A stretch of DNA of 64,000 bases. Origin: Chlamydiia bacterium (GTDB taxonomy: Bacteria; Chlamydiota; Chlamydiia; Chlamydiales; 2-12-FULL-49-11). Both the position numbers and the translations under genes were made by a program. Location of the stretch: positions 32,215 through 96,214 of the forward strand of contig JBIKLZ010000003.1 of NCBI GenBank assembly GCA_044359535.1, given 5' to 3'. Below the pieces are notes generated by a model, which was not told the origin of the DNA, made no database searches, and was given only the letters and a program-made list of their open reading frames with translations. Each line of letters starts with the position of its first letter. Positions within the stretch are counted from its first letter, which is position 1. Of the stretch, positions 17,702 to 28,331 are shown piece by piece.

Positions 17702-19846
17702 ATGGAATACTATAAGCAATTTAAAAAGCACATTCAAGAAAACAATTTACCGGCAACTGTGTTGTTGTGGCAGGAATACTGCTTAAGTGATGAGGTGGAC
17801 CCAAAAGAGATGATTTTGATTTTAGAAGGGATCAAAGGGGCGTTGTTTTCTAATGCTTTTGGCGTCTATATTGACACAGGATTAGATTTATGGAAAAATT
17901 TAGCTTCCTCACATGAAAAAGACGAGGTGCTTACCTTAATTTTTGATATACAGACGACAAACTCTTCCCTCTATGCAGAGATCGCTCATCAGTACTTGCA
18001 TCAAAAATATGGGTCTATCGATGTGTTTCATGATCTTTTAAAGATTTTAGGAATAAGAGATGGGGAGGGTCTTCAAGGGTGTATTCGAAACTTTGAGCTC
18101 TTGATCCATTTACAAAAAGGGAATTTTTGCCTCCATAATGGGGGTTGGGGAGTGGGGGAAGTGATGGAAAGCTCTTTACTAAGAAGAGAAGTATCCATTG
18201 AATTTGACTTAGTTTCAGATGTTAAAAACATCAGTTTTAAAAATGCATTTCACAGTTTAAAGCCCATTTCAAGGGATCACTTCCTTGCAAGACGATTTGG
18301 AGATGGGGAGAAATTTGAAGCCTTTACTCGTGCAAACCCTATTGATGCGATAAAACTTTTACTCAAAGATATGGGGGATTTAACCGCTTTTGAGATCAAA
18401 GAAGAGATGGCCGACCTTGTCATTCCAGAAGAGGAGTGGACAAAATGGTGGAGCAACGTTCGGGGAAAATTAAAAAAAGATGGAGAAATTGTTTATCCCG
18501 AATCGATAAATGAACCCTTTAAGTTGAATGAAAAAAGGGTTTCTCATCAAGATCGGTTGAAAGTTGAAATGAACAAAGTCACATCTGTGGATGGTTTAAT
18601 AGAGGTTGTTTATGAATTTTTGAGGGATTTTGGGACCTTTGCAAAAGAAAAGGGGCTCAATGACTTTTTAAGAAAAGAGCTTGGAACTATTTTAACAGAT
18701 AAAAAATTGAATCCTTCAGAAGAGATACAAATTCTTTTTCTCCTACAAGATTTGTCTGAACCTTCTGTCAAGCAATTAAAGGAAACAATTCAAAGACTTT
18801 CAAAGGTTAAAGAGGTCCTTCAAGCCATCCCAATTTTAGCCTATAAAAGAAGGCTCCTTTCAGAAATTGAATCTGTAAGAGAGGACTGGGTAAAAATTTA
18901 CAGTGAGTTGCTTGTTTCGAAGGAAAAGCACCCTTTAAGAGATTTTATTTACGATCAACTTATTGCAAGAAAAGAGGATAAAGAGTGTGTTGAGAAGTTA
19001 AAAGAGGTGATAGCCACTCCCCAAAACTCTCCTTTTGCGTTTTTATGGTTTTTTCAAAAAATGATGAAAAAGAAAGTAGAAGGATTTACAGATCAAAGAT
19101 CTTTAGACGCCCTTTTCATTGGATTTTTTGTCCTTATGCACTATGTTGAAGTTTCATTAAAGGATCGTCTCCTTACAAAAAAAATGTATGGGATGCTATC
19201 GGAAGGGCGATTTGAGATTGTAAGGAGAATTTTTAAGGAACAAGACCTATCGACAACTAAAGAAATTTTACTTTTAGCAACAAAATGTCAAATTATTACC
19301 CATCACGACCAAACAATCTTAACCTCTTTAGCAGAGGTGGTTCATCCAGAGTTGAAAAAGGAGGCAAAAAACCAAGAAGAGGGGCAAAAGGTCATTTGGA
19401 CAACTTCTGAGGGGGTAAAAAAGATCACTGCTCGTTTAGAAGAAATTGCAACAAAAGAGATGATTGAAAATGCAAAGGATATTGAAACGGCAAGGGGTCA
19501 TGGAGACTTAAGGGAAAATAGCGAGTATAAATTTGCTCAAGAAAAAAGAGCCTCTCTCCAAAAAGAATTAAAAAATCTATCTTTACAGTTAAAAATGATG
19601 AGGGTATTGTCTAAAGAGGACATTGATACGACAAAAGTTTCTGTTGGGACAAAGGTGGTAATAAAAAACCAACATGGAGAAGAAAAGGAATATGCAATAT
19701 TAGGTCCTTATGATGCCGATGTTGATAAAAATATCATTTCAGATCAGTCAAATCTAGCAAAAGATCTTTTAGATAAAAAGGTGGGTCAAAAAGTAACTGT
19801 TAACGGCAATGAATGGAGAATTATCACCATTTGTTCCATATTATAG
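17702..19846 (+). CDS. greA: Transcription elongation factor GreA with the long chlamydial N-terminal extension
   Basis: C-terminal ARGHGDLRENSEYKFA and ILGPYDAD...IISDQSNLA; 714 aa. Confidence 0.93.
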   Translation: MEYYKQFKKHIQENNLPATVLLWQEYCLSDEVDPKEMILILEGIKGALFSNAFGVYIDTGLDLWKNLASSHEKDEVLTLIFDIQTTNSSLYAEIAHQYLHQKYGSIDVFHDLLKILGIRDGEGLQGCIRNFELLIHLQKGNFCLHNGGWGVGEVMESSLLRREVSIEFDLVSDVKNISFKNAFHSLKPISRDHFLARRFGDGEKFEAFTRANPIDAIKLLLKDMGDLTAFEIKEEMADLVIPEEEWTKWWSNVRGKLKKDGEIVYPESINEPFKLNEKRVSHQDRLKVEMNKVTSVDGLIEVVYEFLRDFGTFAKEKGLNDFLRKELGTILTDKKLNPSEEIQILFLLQDLSEPSVKQLKETIQRLSKVKEVLQAIPILAYKRRLLSEIESVREDWVKIYSELLVSKEKHPLRDFIYDQLIARKEDKECVEKLKEVIATPQNSPFAFLWFFQKMMKKKVEGFTDQRSLDALFIGFFVLMHYVEVSLKDRLLTKKMYGMLSEGRFEIVRRIFKEQDLSTTKEILLLATKCQIITHHDQTILTSLAEVVHPELKKEAKNQEEGQKVIWTTSEGVKKITARLEEIATKEMIENAKDIETARGHGDLRENSEYKFAQEKRASLQKELKNLSLQLKMMRVLSKEDIDTTKVSVGTKVVIKNQHGEEKEYAILGPYDADVDKNIISDQSNLAKDLLDKKVGQKVTVNGNEWRIITICSIL

Positions 19847-19858
19847 CCAAGGATCAAT

Positions 19859-21073
19859 ATGAGTATAAGTAAAGTGATTGGGGGTGCTCTTCTTGTAAGT
19901 GGGACAACCATTGGAGCAGGCCTTTTAGGTCTTCCTACAACATGTGCATTTATGGGTTTTTCTCTCTCAATTCTTATTTTTATCATCACATCTATGATGA
20001 TGCTATGCACTGGTATCTTTTTTGTAGATGTCACCTGTGATATTAAAAAAAGGGTCAATATTATTTCTATGGCTGAAAAGACAATTGGCAGATGGGGGAT
20101 GATGGTCTCTTGGATTTCATACCTTTTATTAATGTACTCATTGATCTCTTTATACATTGCAGCAAGTGGGCCGTTATTTCAGCAAGCAAGTCTATATTTT
20201 TTCGACATCCCACTATCTGATGGTCTTTCGCATTTTGTCTTAATTCTACTATTTGCGTGGGTGATCTACCTTGGAACCTATGGGGTGGATATCATAAATA
20301 GGGTGCTTATGGTAGGGTTAGTCCTCTCATACATTCTATTGGCATCCACTCTTCCTGCGCATATTGACTTCAAATATTTAGAGCATCTAGATTTTAGAGC
20401 TTTTTTATACCCTCTTCCCTTTGTAATTACTGGATTTGGATATCATATCATTATTCCGACCCTTGGATCATACATGAATTATAATCGCAAACTCATGATC
20501 TATGCAGTTGTCATAGGAAGTGCTGTGGCTCTTTTGATCAATATTTATTGGCAATTTCTTGTGTTGGGGGTGATTCCTTTAGACCTTTTTGCAAAGGTGT
20601 GGAAACAAGGGATCCCAATTACACAAACCCTTGCCCAAGTGGTTGCCTCCCCTTTAATTTCTATTGGGGTCTATTTATTTTCATTTTTTGCCATTTTAAC
20701 CTCCTTTTTAGGGGTGGGGTTGAGTTTATCAGACTTTTTAATTGATGGATTAAAAATAAAAAAAGGTTGGGAAGGGAGACTTTTAGCTATAGCCCTTACA
20801 TTTTTACCTCCCCTTCTTTTTGTTAACGTCTACCCAAGAGGCTTTATGCTCGCTTTAGAATATGGAGGCGCTTTTGTGGCAGTGATTTTAATTTTCATCC
20901 CTTCGGTTATGGTATGGAAACTAAAAGGGCACCTTTTTTATAGAAGTTCTAGAGGAAAGGGGTTAATCACAGTTGTGATCCTTTTTTCAATGAGTGTCAT
21001 TATTGTAAATGTTTTAAATCGTTGGGATTTTTTTACAAAAACACTTGAATCTATTGGGGGATTGAAGGGTTGA
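19859..21073 (+). CDS. Aromatic amino acid permease (TyrP/Mtr family), second paralog
   Basis: GGALLVSGTTIGAGLLGLP, FGYHIIIPTL and AILTSFLGVGLSLSDFL motifs. Confidence 0.9.
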   Translation: MSISKVIGGALLVSGTTIGAGLLGLPTTCAFMGFSLSILIFIITSMMMLCTGIFFVDVTCDIKKRVNIISMAEKTIGRWGMMVSWISYLLLMYSLISLYIAASGPLFQQASLYFFDIPLSDGLSHFVLILLFAWVIYLGTYGVDIINRVLMVGLVLSYILLASTLPAHIDFKYLEHLDFRAFLYPLPFVITGFGYHIIIPTLGSYMNYNRKLMIYAVVIGSAVALLINIYWQFLVLGVIPLDLFAKVWKQGIPITQTLAQVVASPLISIGVYLFSFFAILTSFLGVGLSLSDFLIDGLKIKKGWEGRLLAIALTFLPPLLFVNVYPRGFMLALEYGGAFVAVILIFIPSVMVWKLKGHLFYRSSRGKGLITVVILFSMSVIIVNVLNRWDFFTKTLESIGGLKG

Positions 21074-23043
21074 ATGAAGATAAAAAATTTCATTTAAAGA
21101 GTAAATTCACCCCCAAAGGGGATCAGGTTCGAGCAATAAAAGAGCTTACAAAAGGGTTAAATGAGGGAAGAAATTCTCAAGTCCTTTTAGGGGTTACAGG
21201 CTCTGGAAAAACCTTTACAATGGCAAATGTGATTGAAAGGACAAATCGACCGGCCCTTATTCTAGCTCACAATAAAACCTTAGCAGCCCAACTTTATGAA
21301 GAGTTTAAAGAGTTTTTCCCAGACAATGCTGTGGAATATTTTGTCTCTTACTATGATTATTATCAACCTGAGGCTTATTTAGCCCGAAGTGATACCTATA
21401 TTGAAAAGGATTTAGCGATCAATGAAGAGATCGCAAGGATGAGACTGTCTGCGACTCGATCCCTTGTAGAAAGGGACGACGTGATTATTATAGCCTCTAT
21501 TTCTTGTATTTATGGATTGGGTTCAAAGAAAAACTATGAAAAAATGGTTTTTTCAATAAAAGTGGGTCAAGAGATATTTAGGGATCGCCTCCTTTTTCAA
21601 TTGGTGATGATGCATTTTGAGCGCTCTGACATGGACTTTTTTCGAGGCTCTTTTCGTGTTCGAGGGGATATTATAGAAATTTTCCCCGCCTATGAAGACA
21701 AGCAGTGTTATAGGATAGAATTTTTTGGTGAAGAGGTTGAAAGGATAAGTATTATTGATCCTCTTTCAGGGAAGGTGATTGAAAGAATTGATGAGCTGAA
21801 AATTTTTCCAGGCTCCCATCATGTTACCCCAGAAGAGGTAAGAGATAGAGCCTTGTTTTCAATTGATAAGGAACTTGATGAAAGAATTAAATTCTTTAAA
21901 GAGAAAGAAGCTTTTGCTGAAGAGGTTCGTATTCGACAAAGAACTCGGTACGATATCGAGATGATTAAAGAAATAGGTTTTTGCAAAGGGATAGAAAATT
22001 ATTCGCTCCACTTTGATGAAAGAAAGGTCGGAGAGCCCCCTTCTTGTTTAATGGATTATTTTCCAGAGAATTATATTTTGTTTGTCGATGAATCCCATCA
22101 AAGTATCCCTCAAGTGCGTGCTATGATCCATGGGGATCGCTCTAGAAAAACCTCTCTTGTCGATTTTGGATTTAGACTCCCTTCAGCCTTTGACAATAGA
22201 CCCTTATCCTTTGAAGAATTTTGTGAAAAAAAGCATCAAACTATTTACGTATCTGCTACTCCCCATGAATGGGAGATTAACGAAGCTGAAGGGGTGGTCG
22301 TCCGGCAAGAAATTCGACCTACAGGACTTTTAGATCCAGAAATTGAGGTAAGAGGGGCTATTAATCAATTAGACGATGCGATTGCTGAAATTGCAAAAGA
22401 GGTAAAAGTCAATAGAAGGGTTCTTGTGACATGCCTTACAAAAAAGCTTTCTGAAGAGATTACAACCTATCTACAAGAAATTGGGGTCAAAGCAAAATAT
22501 CTGCATAGTGATATCAAAACCCTTGAGAGGATGAGAATTATTGGCGACCTAAGAAACGGAAAGTTCGATGTTCTTATAGGAATTAATTTACTTAGAGAGG
22601 GTCTTGACATCCCTGAGGTGAGCCTTGTTATGATTTTAGATGCCGATAGAGAGGGGTTTTTACGTTCAGAAACGTCATTAATACAAACCTGTGGAAGGGC
22701 GGCTCGAAATTGCTTTGGACGGGTGATTCTTTATGGGGATAAGATAACCGAATCGATGCAAAGATGTATCGATATTACAAAAAAAAGGCGCCTAATGCAA
22801 GATGCCTACAATAAAGAGCACGGGATTACACCTCAAACAACAACAGCAACAGCAATGGGAAAAATGTATCAAACATTAGACATTGTGGAAGAAAAGGCAA
22901 TTGTGGATCATAAGAAGATCACATCGAAAATCAAAGAGTTAGAAAAAGCGATGACAAAAGCAGCAAACAATTATGAGTTTGAGCTTGCCGCCCACCTTCG
23001 GGATGAGATCAAGTCTTATAGAAATGTCCTTCTTTTAGATTAG
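21070..23043 (+). CDS. uvrB: Excinuclease ABC subunit B
   Basis: GVTGSGKT, YYDYYQPEAY, DESH and a C-terminal UVR domain; TTG start overlapping the upstream stop. Confidence 0.97.
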   Translation: MNEDKKFHLKSKFTPKGDQVRAIKELTKGLNEGRNSQVLLGVTGSGKTFTMANVIERTNRPALILAHNKTLAAQLYEEFKEFFPDNAVEYFVSYYDYYQPEAYLARSDTYIEKDLAINEEIARMRLSATRSLVERDDVIIIASISCIYGLGSKKNYEKMVFSIKVGQEIFRDRLLFQLVMMHFERSDMDFFRGSFRVRGDIIEIFPAYEDKQCYRIEFFGEEVERISIIDPLSGKVIERIDELKIFPGSHHVTPEEVRDRALFSIDKELDERIKFFKEKEAFAEEVRIRQRTRYDIEMIKEIGFCKGIENYSLHFDERKVGEPPSCLMDYFPENYILFVDESHQSIPQVRAMIHGDRSRKTSLVDFGFRLPSAFDNRPLSFEEFCEKKHQTIYVSATPHEWEINEAEGVVVRQEIRPTGLLDPEIEVRGAINQLDDAIAEIAKEVKVNRRVLVTCLTKKLSEEITTYLQEIGVKAKYLHSDIKTLERMRIIGDLRNGKFDVLIGINLLREGLDIPEVSLVMILDADREGFLRSETSLIQTCGRAARNCFGRVILYGDKITESMQRCIDITKKRRLMQDAYNKEHGITPQTTTATAMGKMYQTLDIVEEKAIVDHKKITSKIKELEKAMTKAANNYEFELAAHLRDEIKSYRNVLLLD

Positions 23044-23341
23044 ATCTATAAAAACCATAACTTACTGACAAATAAAGATGTGTGTACTTGATAAGTAAAT
23101 TTTGATATTCTTGATTATCAAAAACTTCTATTCCAAATTTATCTGTGAAATGATGATATATATCTAGAAGTAATTCTTTAGATTCTTCGAAGCTAATAGA
23201 ATCTACATTATCAAAAAATGCAATAATTTTTAAAGGGTTCTGTTCTTCAATAGCATCATACAAAACAGATGTTTCAAAAGAAAAACAGTGAATTTTCCAA
23301 AAAATAATAAAGATCAGAAAAGGGTAACGCTGTTTTATCAA
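23009..23341 (-). CDS. AT-rich hypothetical protein, possibly a truncated fragment
   Basis: A signal-like N-terminus from TTG 23341, overlapping the upstream stop; the 3' end runs 35 nt into uvrB. Confidence 0.3.
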   Translation of the reverse strand: MIKQRYPFLIFIIFWKIHCFSFETSVLYDAIEEQNPLKIIAFFDNVDSISFEESKELLLDIYHHFTDKFGIEVFDNQEYQNLLIKYTHLYLSVSYGFYRSNLKEGHFYKT

Positions 23342-23544
23342 TATATTTTTCCATAAATTAAAAAATATAGACCTACTAAAAATACCCAAAAATTCAATCC
23401 AATAAGAAATGTGTTTTTAGCTTTCCAAGCTTTAACTAAATGAATGGTTGAAAAGGTAAAAGCATAAGCAAATGGGATAAGCCATATCATAGGACCCAGT
23501 ATTTTATAGAAAAAAGATTTAAAAAGTTCCATTTTTAATCCCAA
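23338..23544 (-). CDS. Small two-TM hypothetical protein
   Basis: Two hydrophobic segments in an AT-rich gap between uvrB and topA. Confidence 0.4.
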   Translation of the reverse strand: MGLKMELFKSFFYKILGPMIWLIPFAYAFTFSTIHLVKAWKAKNTFLIGLNFWVFLVGLYFLIYGKIY

Positions 23545-23591
23545 TTTTTAGAAAAAATAGCAAAGACCTAAACAAGAGTCAATAAAAAATA

Positions 23592-26117
23592 TTAATCCTT
23601 AACAATGTTTTTTGAAATGCATTTAGCAAGTTGCATCATGTCTAAAGGTTCATTAGACCCAAAAAAGGCTGCCATTAATGCGTCAGGGACAATCAAGCGC
23701 TTATTCTTTTCATCTTGAAGCTGGTGCTCTTTAATATAGATCCATAACTTTTTAGTGATTTCTCCACGACTCATCTCCTTTTCTCCCACAAGGGCTTTTA
23801 ATGCAGCAGAGACTTTTAAAAATGGTGAGTTTCTTTTTGTCCCACCCCTTTTTGCCCCCCCTTTTTTCTCATAAGGGGTTTTTAAGTGGTCTTTATACTT
23901 TTCTTCCACCTCATCAATGCTATTGCCTATGACATTACAATCAGGGAAATTTGAACAGGAAAAAAACATCTTTCCAAATCTTGATTTCTTTTGGGTAAGA
24001 GTGCCATCACACCCTTTTGCCGGACAAGGGGGGAGATTTGTTGCAAACTCTTCCCCTTTCTTAGGGATGTTTACAATGGTTTTACACTCAGGGTAACCAG
24101 TGCACCCTAAAAACAATCCAAAACGAGAGCTCCTTGTTTTCATCTCCTTACCACATTTAGGACATTTTTGATCCCAGTTAAAATCATCGGCATAGGGGGT
24201 TTTATCAAGGGCTTTTTCCTCTTCAATCGGGGCGCTATAGTCACACTCTGGGTACCCCGTACATCCATAAAAATACTTATCGTTAGCAAAGATTTTATTT
24301 AATTTATGCTTGTTACATTTTGGACAGTCAATATCTGTGGGTATCCTTGGAATTTTAGCCTCTTTTTTTGCTAATTCCACCTCTGGTTTAAATTTTTCCC
24401 AAAACTTTTGTAAAAATTTCTTCCAGTCTTTTTGATCCTCAGCAATTTCATCAAGGGTCCTTTCCATCTCTGCGGTGAATTCAATATCCATAATATCCTG
24501 GAAATTTTCTTCTAAGAGCTGACAAATAATCTTTCCTAAATCTGTCGGTATAAGAGCCCCTTTTTCTTTGACTGTATAGGCTCTTGATTGGATTTTATTC
24601 ATAATCGCTGCGTAAGTTGACGGTCTTCCAATTCCTGAGCGCTCTAATTCTTTTACTAAAGAGGCTTCTGTAAATCTTCCTGGGGGCTTTGTAAAGCTTT
24701 TGGTCATTTCTGTCTTTTTTAAAGGGAGAATTTCCCCTACCTCTAATGGAGGGAGAATCACCTCAAGTTCAGAAGTTTCTTCATCAGTTTTTTCTTCATA
24801 GGCGGCTAAAAATCCTTTGAACTTGATGTTTGAGCCCGATAACCTCATCATCATTGTCTTTATCATCGTATCTTTATGTCCTGAGGCTTGTGCGTCAATA
24901 TCGACAGAAACAGTATCGTAGATAGCAGCCTTCATCTGTGAAGCAAAAAAACGCTTCCATATCAATGAGTAGAGTTTAAATTGATCTGGGTTTAGAAAAT
25001 GCTTTATTTTATCTGGGGAGTTTTCAAAGTTTGTAGGACGAATCGCTTCATGGGCATCTTGAACAACTTTTTTTGATCCATAGATCGGAGGCACTTCTGG
25101 TAGGTATTTATCGCCATAAAGTAGAGAAATATAGGGTCTACAAAGAGCAGTAGCTTCTTTTGAAACCCTTACAGAGTCTGTTCTCATATAGGTTATAAGA
25201 CCTTCTGTCCCATCTCCCATATCAATCCCTTCATAAAGATTTTGTGCGACCATCATCGTTTTTTTAGACGAAAAACTATGGTGTCTTGACGCCTCTTGTT
25301 GGAGGGTTGAAGTAATAAACGGGGGAGAGGGCTGCCTTTTACGTTCCTTTTTCTCAATTTTTGTAACAGTATACTTGCTATGGTCAAGGGCATCTTTCAC
25401 ACTTGTTGCAATACGTTCATTATCAATAATAAAGACATCTTTCTTATCAGATTCTTCTTTTTCTACCTTTTTCCCATTTACCGTGTGAAGGGAGCAGACA
25501 AGGCAATCTTTGTCTTTAGTTAAATGGGCTGAAAGGTTCCAATATTCAATGGGGATAAAAGCTTCAATTTCCCTTTCTCTATCGACAACAATTTTAAGAG
25601 CAACCGATTGCACTCTTCCGGCAGAAAGGGTATGGGTAGATCTTCGAATTTTTTGGTGTAAAATAGGAGAAATTTTGTAGCCCACAATGCGATCTAAAAA
25701 CCTTCGAGCCTGTTGAGCATCGACAAGATGCATATCAATTTCTCTTGGGTTTTTTATCGCATTTTTTACAGCTTCTTTTGTAATTTCATTAAAAGTAATC
25801 CTTTGATACTTTGTCCCTTTCGGAAGAATTTCAGCAATATGCCAAGCTATAGCTTCCCCCTCTCGATCAGGGTCGGGGGAAAGGTAGACCATCTCAACAG
25901 ATTTGGCCGCTTTTTTTAAAGCTGTGACAACTTTACTCTTCCCCTCTAAAATTTCATATTCGGGCTCAAAATTATTTTCTAGATCAATACCAAATTTATT
26001 CGGGGGCAGATCTCTGATATGACCGATAGAGGATTCAAAAAGATAATCAGAGCCTAGAAATTTTTGGAGTGTTTTAATCTTTGCTGGGGACTCTACAATA
26101 ATTAAGGCTTTTTTCAT
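23592..26117 (-). CDS. topA: DNA topoisomerase I with zinc ribbons and a C-terminal SWIB domain
   Basis: IVESPAK, DPDREGE, SAGRVQ, ITYMRTDS, three C4 ribbons, and SWIB SRGEITKKLWIYIKEHQLQD. Confidence 0.97.
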   Translation of the reverse strand: MKKALIIVESPAKIKTLQKFLGSDYLFESSIGHIRDLPPNKFGIDLENNFEPEYEILEGKSKVVTALKKAAKSVEMVYLSPDPDREGEAIAWHIAEILPKGTKYQRITFNEITKEAVKNAIKNPREIDMHLVDAQQARRFLDRIVGYKISPILHQKIRRSTHTLSAGRVQSVALKIVVDREREIEAFIPIEYWNLSAHLTKDKDCLVCSLHTVNGKKVEKEESDKKDVFIIDNERIATSVKDALDHSKYTVTKIEKKERKRQPSPPFITSTLQQEASRHHSFSSKKTMMVAQNLYEGIDMGDGTEGLITYMRTDSVRVSKEATALCRPYISLLYGDKYLPEVPPIYGSKKVVQDAHEAIRPTNFENSPDKIKHFLNPDQFKLYSLIWKRFFASQMKAAIYDTVSVDIDAQASGHKDTMIKTMMMRLSGSNIKFKGFLAAYEEKTDEETSELEVILPPLEVGEILPLKKTEMTKSFTKPPGRFTEASLVKELERSGIGRPSTYAAIMNKIQSRAYTVKEKGALIPTDLGKIICQLLEENFQDIMDIEFTAEMERTLDEIAEDQKDWKKFLQKFWEKFKPEVELAKKEAKIPRIPTDIDCPKCNKHKLNKIFANDKYFYGCTGYPECDYSAPIEEEKALDKTPYADDFNWDQKCPKCGKEMKTRSSRFGLFLGCTGYPECKTIVNIPKKGEEFATNLPPCPAKGCDGTLTQKKSRFGKMFFSCSNFPDCNVIGNSIDEVEEKYKDHLKTPYEKKGGAKRGGTKRNSPFLKVSAALKALVGEKEMSRGEITKKLWIYIKEHQLQDEKNKRLIVPDALMAAFFGSNEPLDMMQLAKCISKNIVKD

Positions 26118-26254
26118 CTGCTATACTTTTTGTTGTTAAATTTCTATTACCAATTACTCTTTTATTAGGATATAAAAAAACCTGTTGCAAGAGCCTTTGT
26201 GTAGAGTAAGCATAGAGGGTAGAAGGGATTAATGACAAGAGAAGGTTTCATCAT

Positions 26255-26283
26255 TTGAAAATAAAGAATCGATCTTCTATAAT
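26255..26283 (+). promoter_or_regulatory. sigma70/66-type promoter of the GT2 gene
   Basis: TTGAAA-N17-TATAAT. Confidence 0.65.
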
Positions 26284-26324
26284 TTTTCTCCTTATTGAAT
26301 CAAAGAAGGGGAGAGAAAATTGCA

Positions 26325-27143
26325 ATGAAAAGATCTTTTATCATGATGGGGGTACATCTTTTTGCTTTTGGATCTTTTAAAAATTTTGCTCCGAAAATCG
26401 CCGCTCCTCCCTATGAAAAAAAGATCGTTGTTACAGTCCCTTCATATAATAATGAAGAGTATTTTGAGAAAAATTTGGAATCGATCTTTTCTCAAAACTA
26501 TAGCGCCTATAGAGTGATCTATATTGATGATGCATCTACAGACAATACCTTTGAAAAGGTAAGTGCCTTTATTAAAGAAAAGGGATTTGAGGATAAAGTT
26601 CTCTTAATACGCAATACTAAGAACAAAGGGGCGATGGCTAATCACTATACAATGGGACACTTAGCTGAAGATGATGAAATCATAGTCACTGTTGATGGGG
26701 ATGATTGGTTGCCCCATAATGAGGTTTTTACAAGGGTAAATCAAGCCTATCATGATGAAAATGTGTGGGTTACCTATGGAACGGATGAGGCGTATCCGGT
26801 TCCAAGAGCTTCTCTTTCCCGTCCTATACCGCTATCCATAATAAAAGAAAAAAAGTATAGGGGAATGCGATTTTTATGGACTCATCTAAGAACCTACTAT
26901 GGATGGCTTTTTAAAAAAATTCCCTCTACTTCCTTTATTGATCCTTTAACAGGGAAATTTTACTCAACAGCATGTGATGTGGCTATTATGATCCATCTTT
27001 TTGATCTAGCTCAAGAGCATGTCTACATGATTCCAGAGGTCATTTATACTTATAACACGGGAAATAGACGAAGCGATGGGTATGTAGATCCAAAAAATCA
27101 AGTGGCAACAGAAAAAAGAATTAAGGAAAGAACCCCTTTATAG
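26325..27143 (+). CDS. Glycosyltransferase family 2
   Basis: VPSYNN, IYIDDASTD, VDGDDW; ATG 26325 preferred over TTG 26295. Confidence 0.9.
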   Translation: MKRSFIMMGVHLFAFGSFKNFAPKIAAPPYEKKIVVTVPSYNNEEYFEKNLESIFSQNYSAYRVIYIDDASTDNTFEKVSAFIKEKGFEDKVLLIRNTKNKGAMANHYTMGHLAEDDEIIVTVDGDDWLPHNEVFTRVNQAYHDENVWVTYGTDEAYPVPRASLSRPIPLSIIKEKKYRGMRFLWTHLRTYYGWLFKKIPSTSFIDPLTGKFYSTACDVAIMIHLFDLAQEHVYMIPEVIYTYNTGNRRSDGYVDPKNQVATEKRIKERTPL

Positions 27144-28331
27144 AGTTTCAATAGTAGCCTTAAAATCTGCGACTTGACTTTCAAACAACGCTTTTTTTGT
27201 CCTGCGGATGTCTTCTAGGCGATCAGAGGCCATAGAAAACATCCCTTCTACATAAGAAAGGTACTTTTCTCCTTGATTTAGATTTTCCTCTGTACCTAAT
27301 CCATCTGCATAGCAAAGCCCGAGCCACATTATCGATTTTTTCTTATACAATGAAAGTTCATGAAGTTCAGCTTCTGAATAGTGCTCTGCAACATTTTCAA
27401 AAAGATAGGTAAAAGCTTTTTTTAGGTTCTTATCGACACCTAAGCCATGATGGTACATTTTAAAAAGGGTGTACGCAAAATGCCCTTGGTTAGGTTCTTT
27501 ATTAAAAGCAGCGATTGCTTTTGAATAGCATTTTTTTTGGTAGTAGTATTCCCCTACTTCTCCCCATAAATGATTTGAGTAGGGGGCATCTAATCTTTCT
27601 AAAGTTTTAAGAACTTTATCGATATTGAAAAATATGGGTAGTGGGACTCCTAAATAGATTTCAGCAAGGTGTTGTTTGCTCGTATTTCGAGTTTCTTTTG
27701 AGGTACTCGGATGTTCAATCACCTTATCAAGCAATTTTATAATATGGTTTACAATTTTTTCAGTAGGGTTTATCTTAAAAAGGAGTTGAGCTATTGAATA
27801 TAGATCTTGAGGTGCGTAAAAATCGGTGCAATGGTCTATAGCTTTATTTATGTACTCAAGAGCTTTCCCCTGACTTTTTGGAATGAAAGTTATATTTCCT
27901 TCTGAAAAAGTTGGGTCTAAATAAAAGTTAGCAAGAATTAACAGGGATTGTAAACAACCAAGATCAGCTGCCTTTTCATAATAAGCTATTGCACGAGGAT
28001 AATTTTCTTTTCCAAAACTAGAACAACTATAGATCTCACCTAAAGTGTTAAAAATAAGACTTTTATTTGAATCTATTAATAAACTGTTAAGAGAAGTGAT
28101 AATTGTCTCTACTTCTTTTATAAAGGGGGGCTTGCTTCTATGCACTTTTCCAACTAAACGCAGAACGTTAAGTCGTGATTGGAGAGCTTCAAACGTGTCC
28201 CAAAAATTTTGAGCTACCGCCTGAATTTTTGTGTCAGTGACAGGATCGGGAGAATGAACTCTTTTTTGATGTGGGGTTATTGGTGGAGTTGTTGGTGACG
28301 TGGCACCCGAACCTATGGAAGAACTAAACAT
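27138..28331 (-). CDS. Sel1/TPR-repeat protein, effector-like
   Basis: AIAYYEKAADLG, MYHHGLGVDKNLKKAF, LGLCYADGLGTEEN; Ser/Pro/Thr-rich N-terminus; AGGAG RBS. Confidence 0.8.
   Translation of the reverse strand: MFSSSIGSGATSPTTPPITPHQKRVHSPDPVTDTKIQAVAQNFWDTFEALQSRLNVLRLVGKVHRSKPPFIKEVETIITSLNSLLIDSNKSLIFNTLGEIYSCSSFGKENYPRAIAYYEKAADLGCLQSLLILANFYLDPTFSEGNITFIPKSQGKALEYINKAIDHCTDFYAPQDLYSIAQLLFKINPTEKIVNHIIKLLDKVIEHPSTSKETRNTSKQHLAEIYLGVPLPIFFNIDKVLKTLERLDAPYSNHLWGEVGEYYYQKKCYSKAIAAFNKEPNQGHFAYTLFKMYHHGLGVDKNLKKAFTYLFENVAEHYSEAELHELSLYKKKSIMWLGLCYADGLGTEENLNQGEKYLSYVEGMFSMASDRLEDIRRTKKALFESQVADFKATIETL

Noticed and set aside
15915-26117. Unusual domain architectures of ThyX, GreA and TopA-SWIB
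   Set aside because: These are established chlamydial features, useful for taxonomy but not novel.
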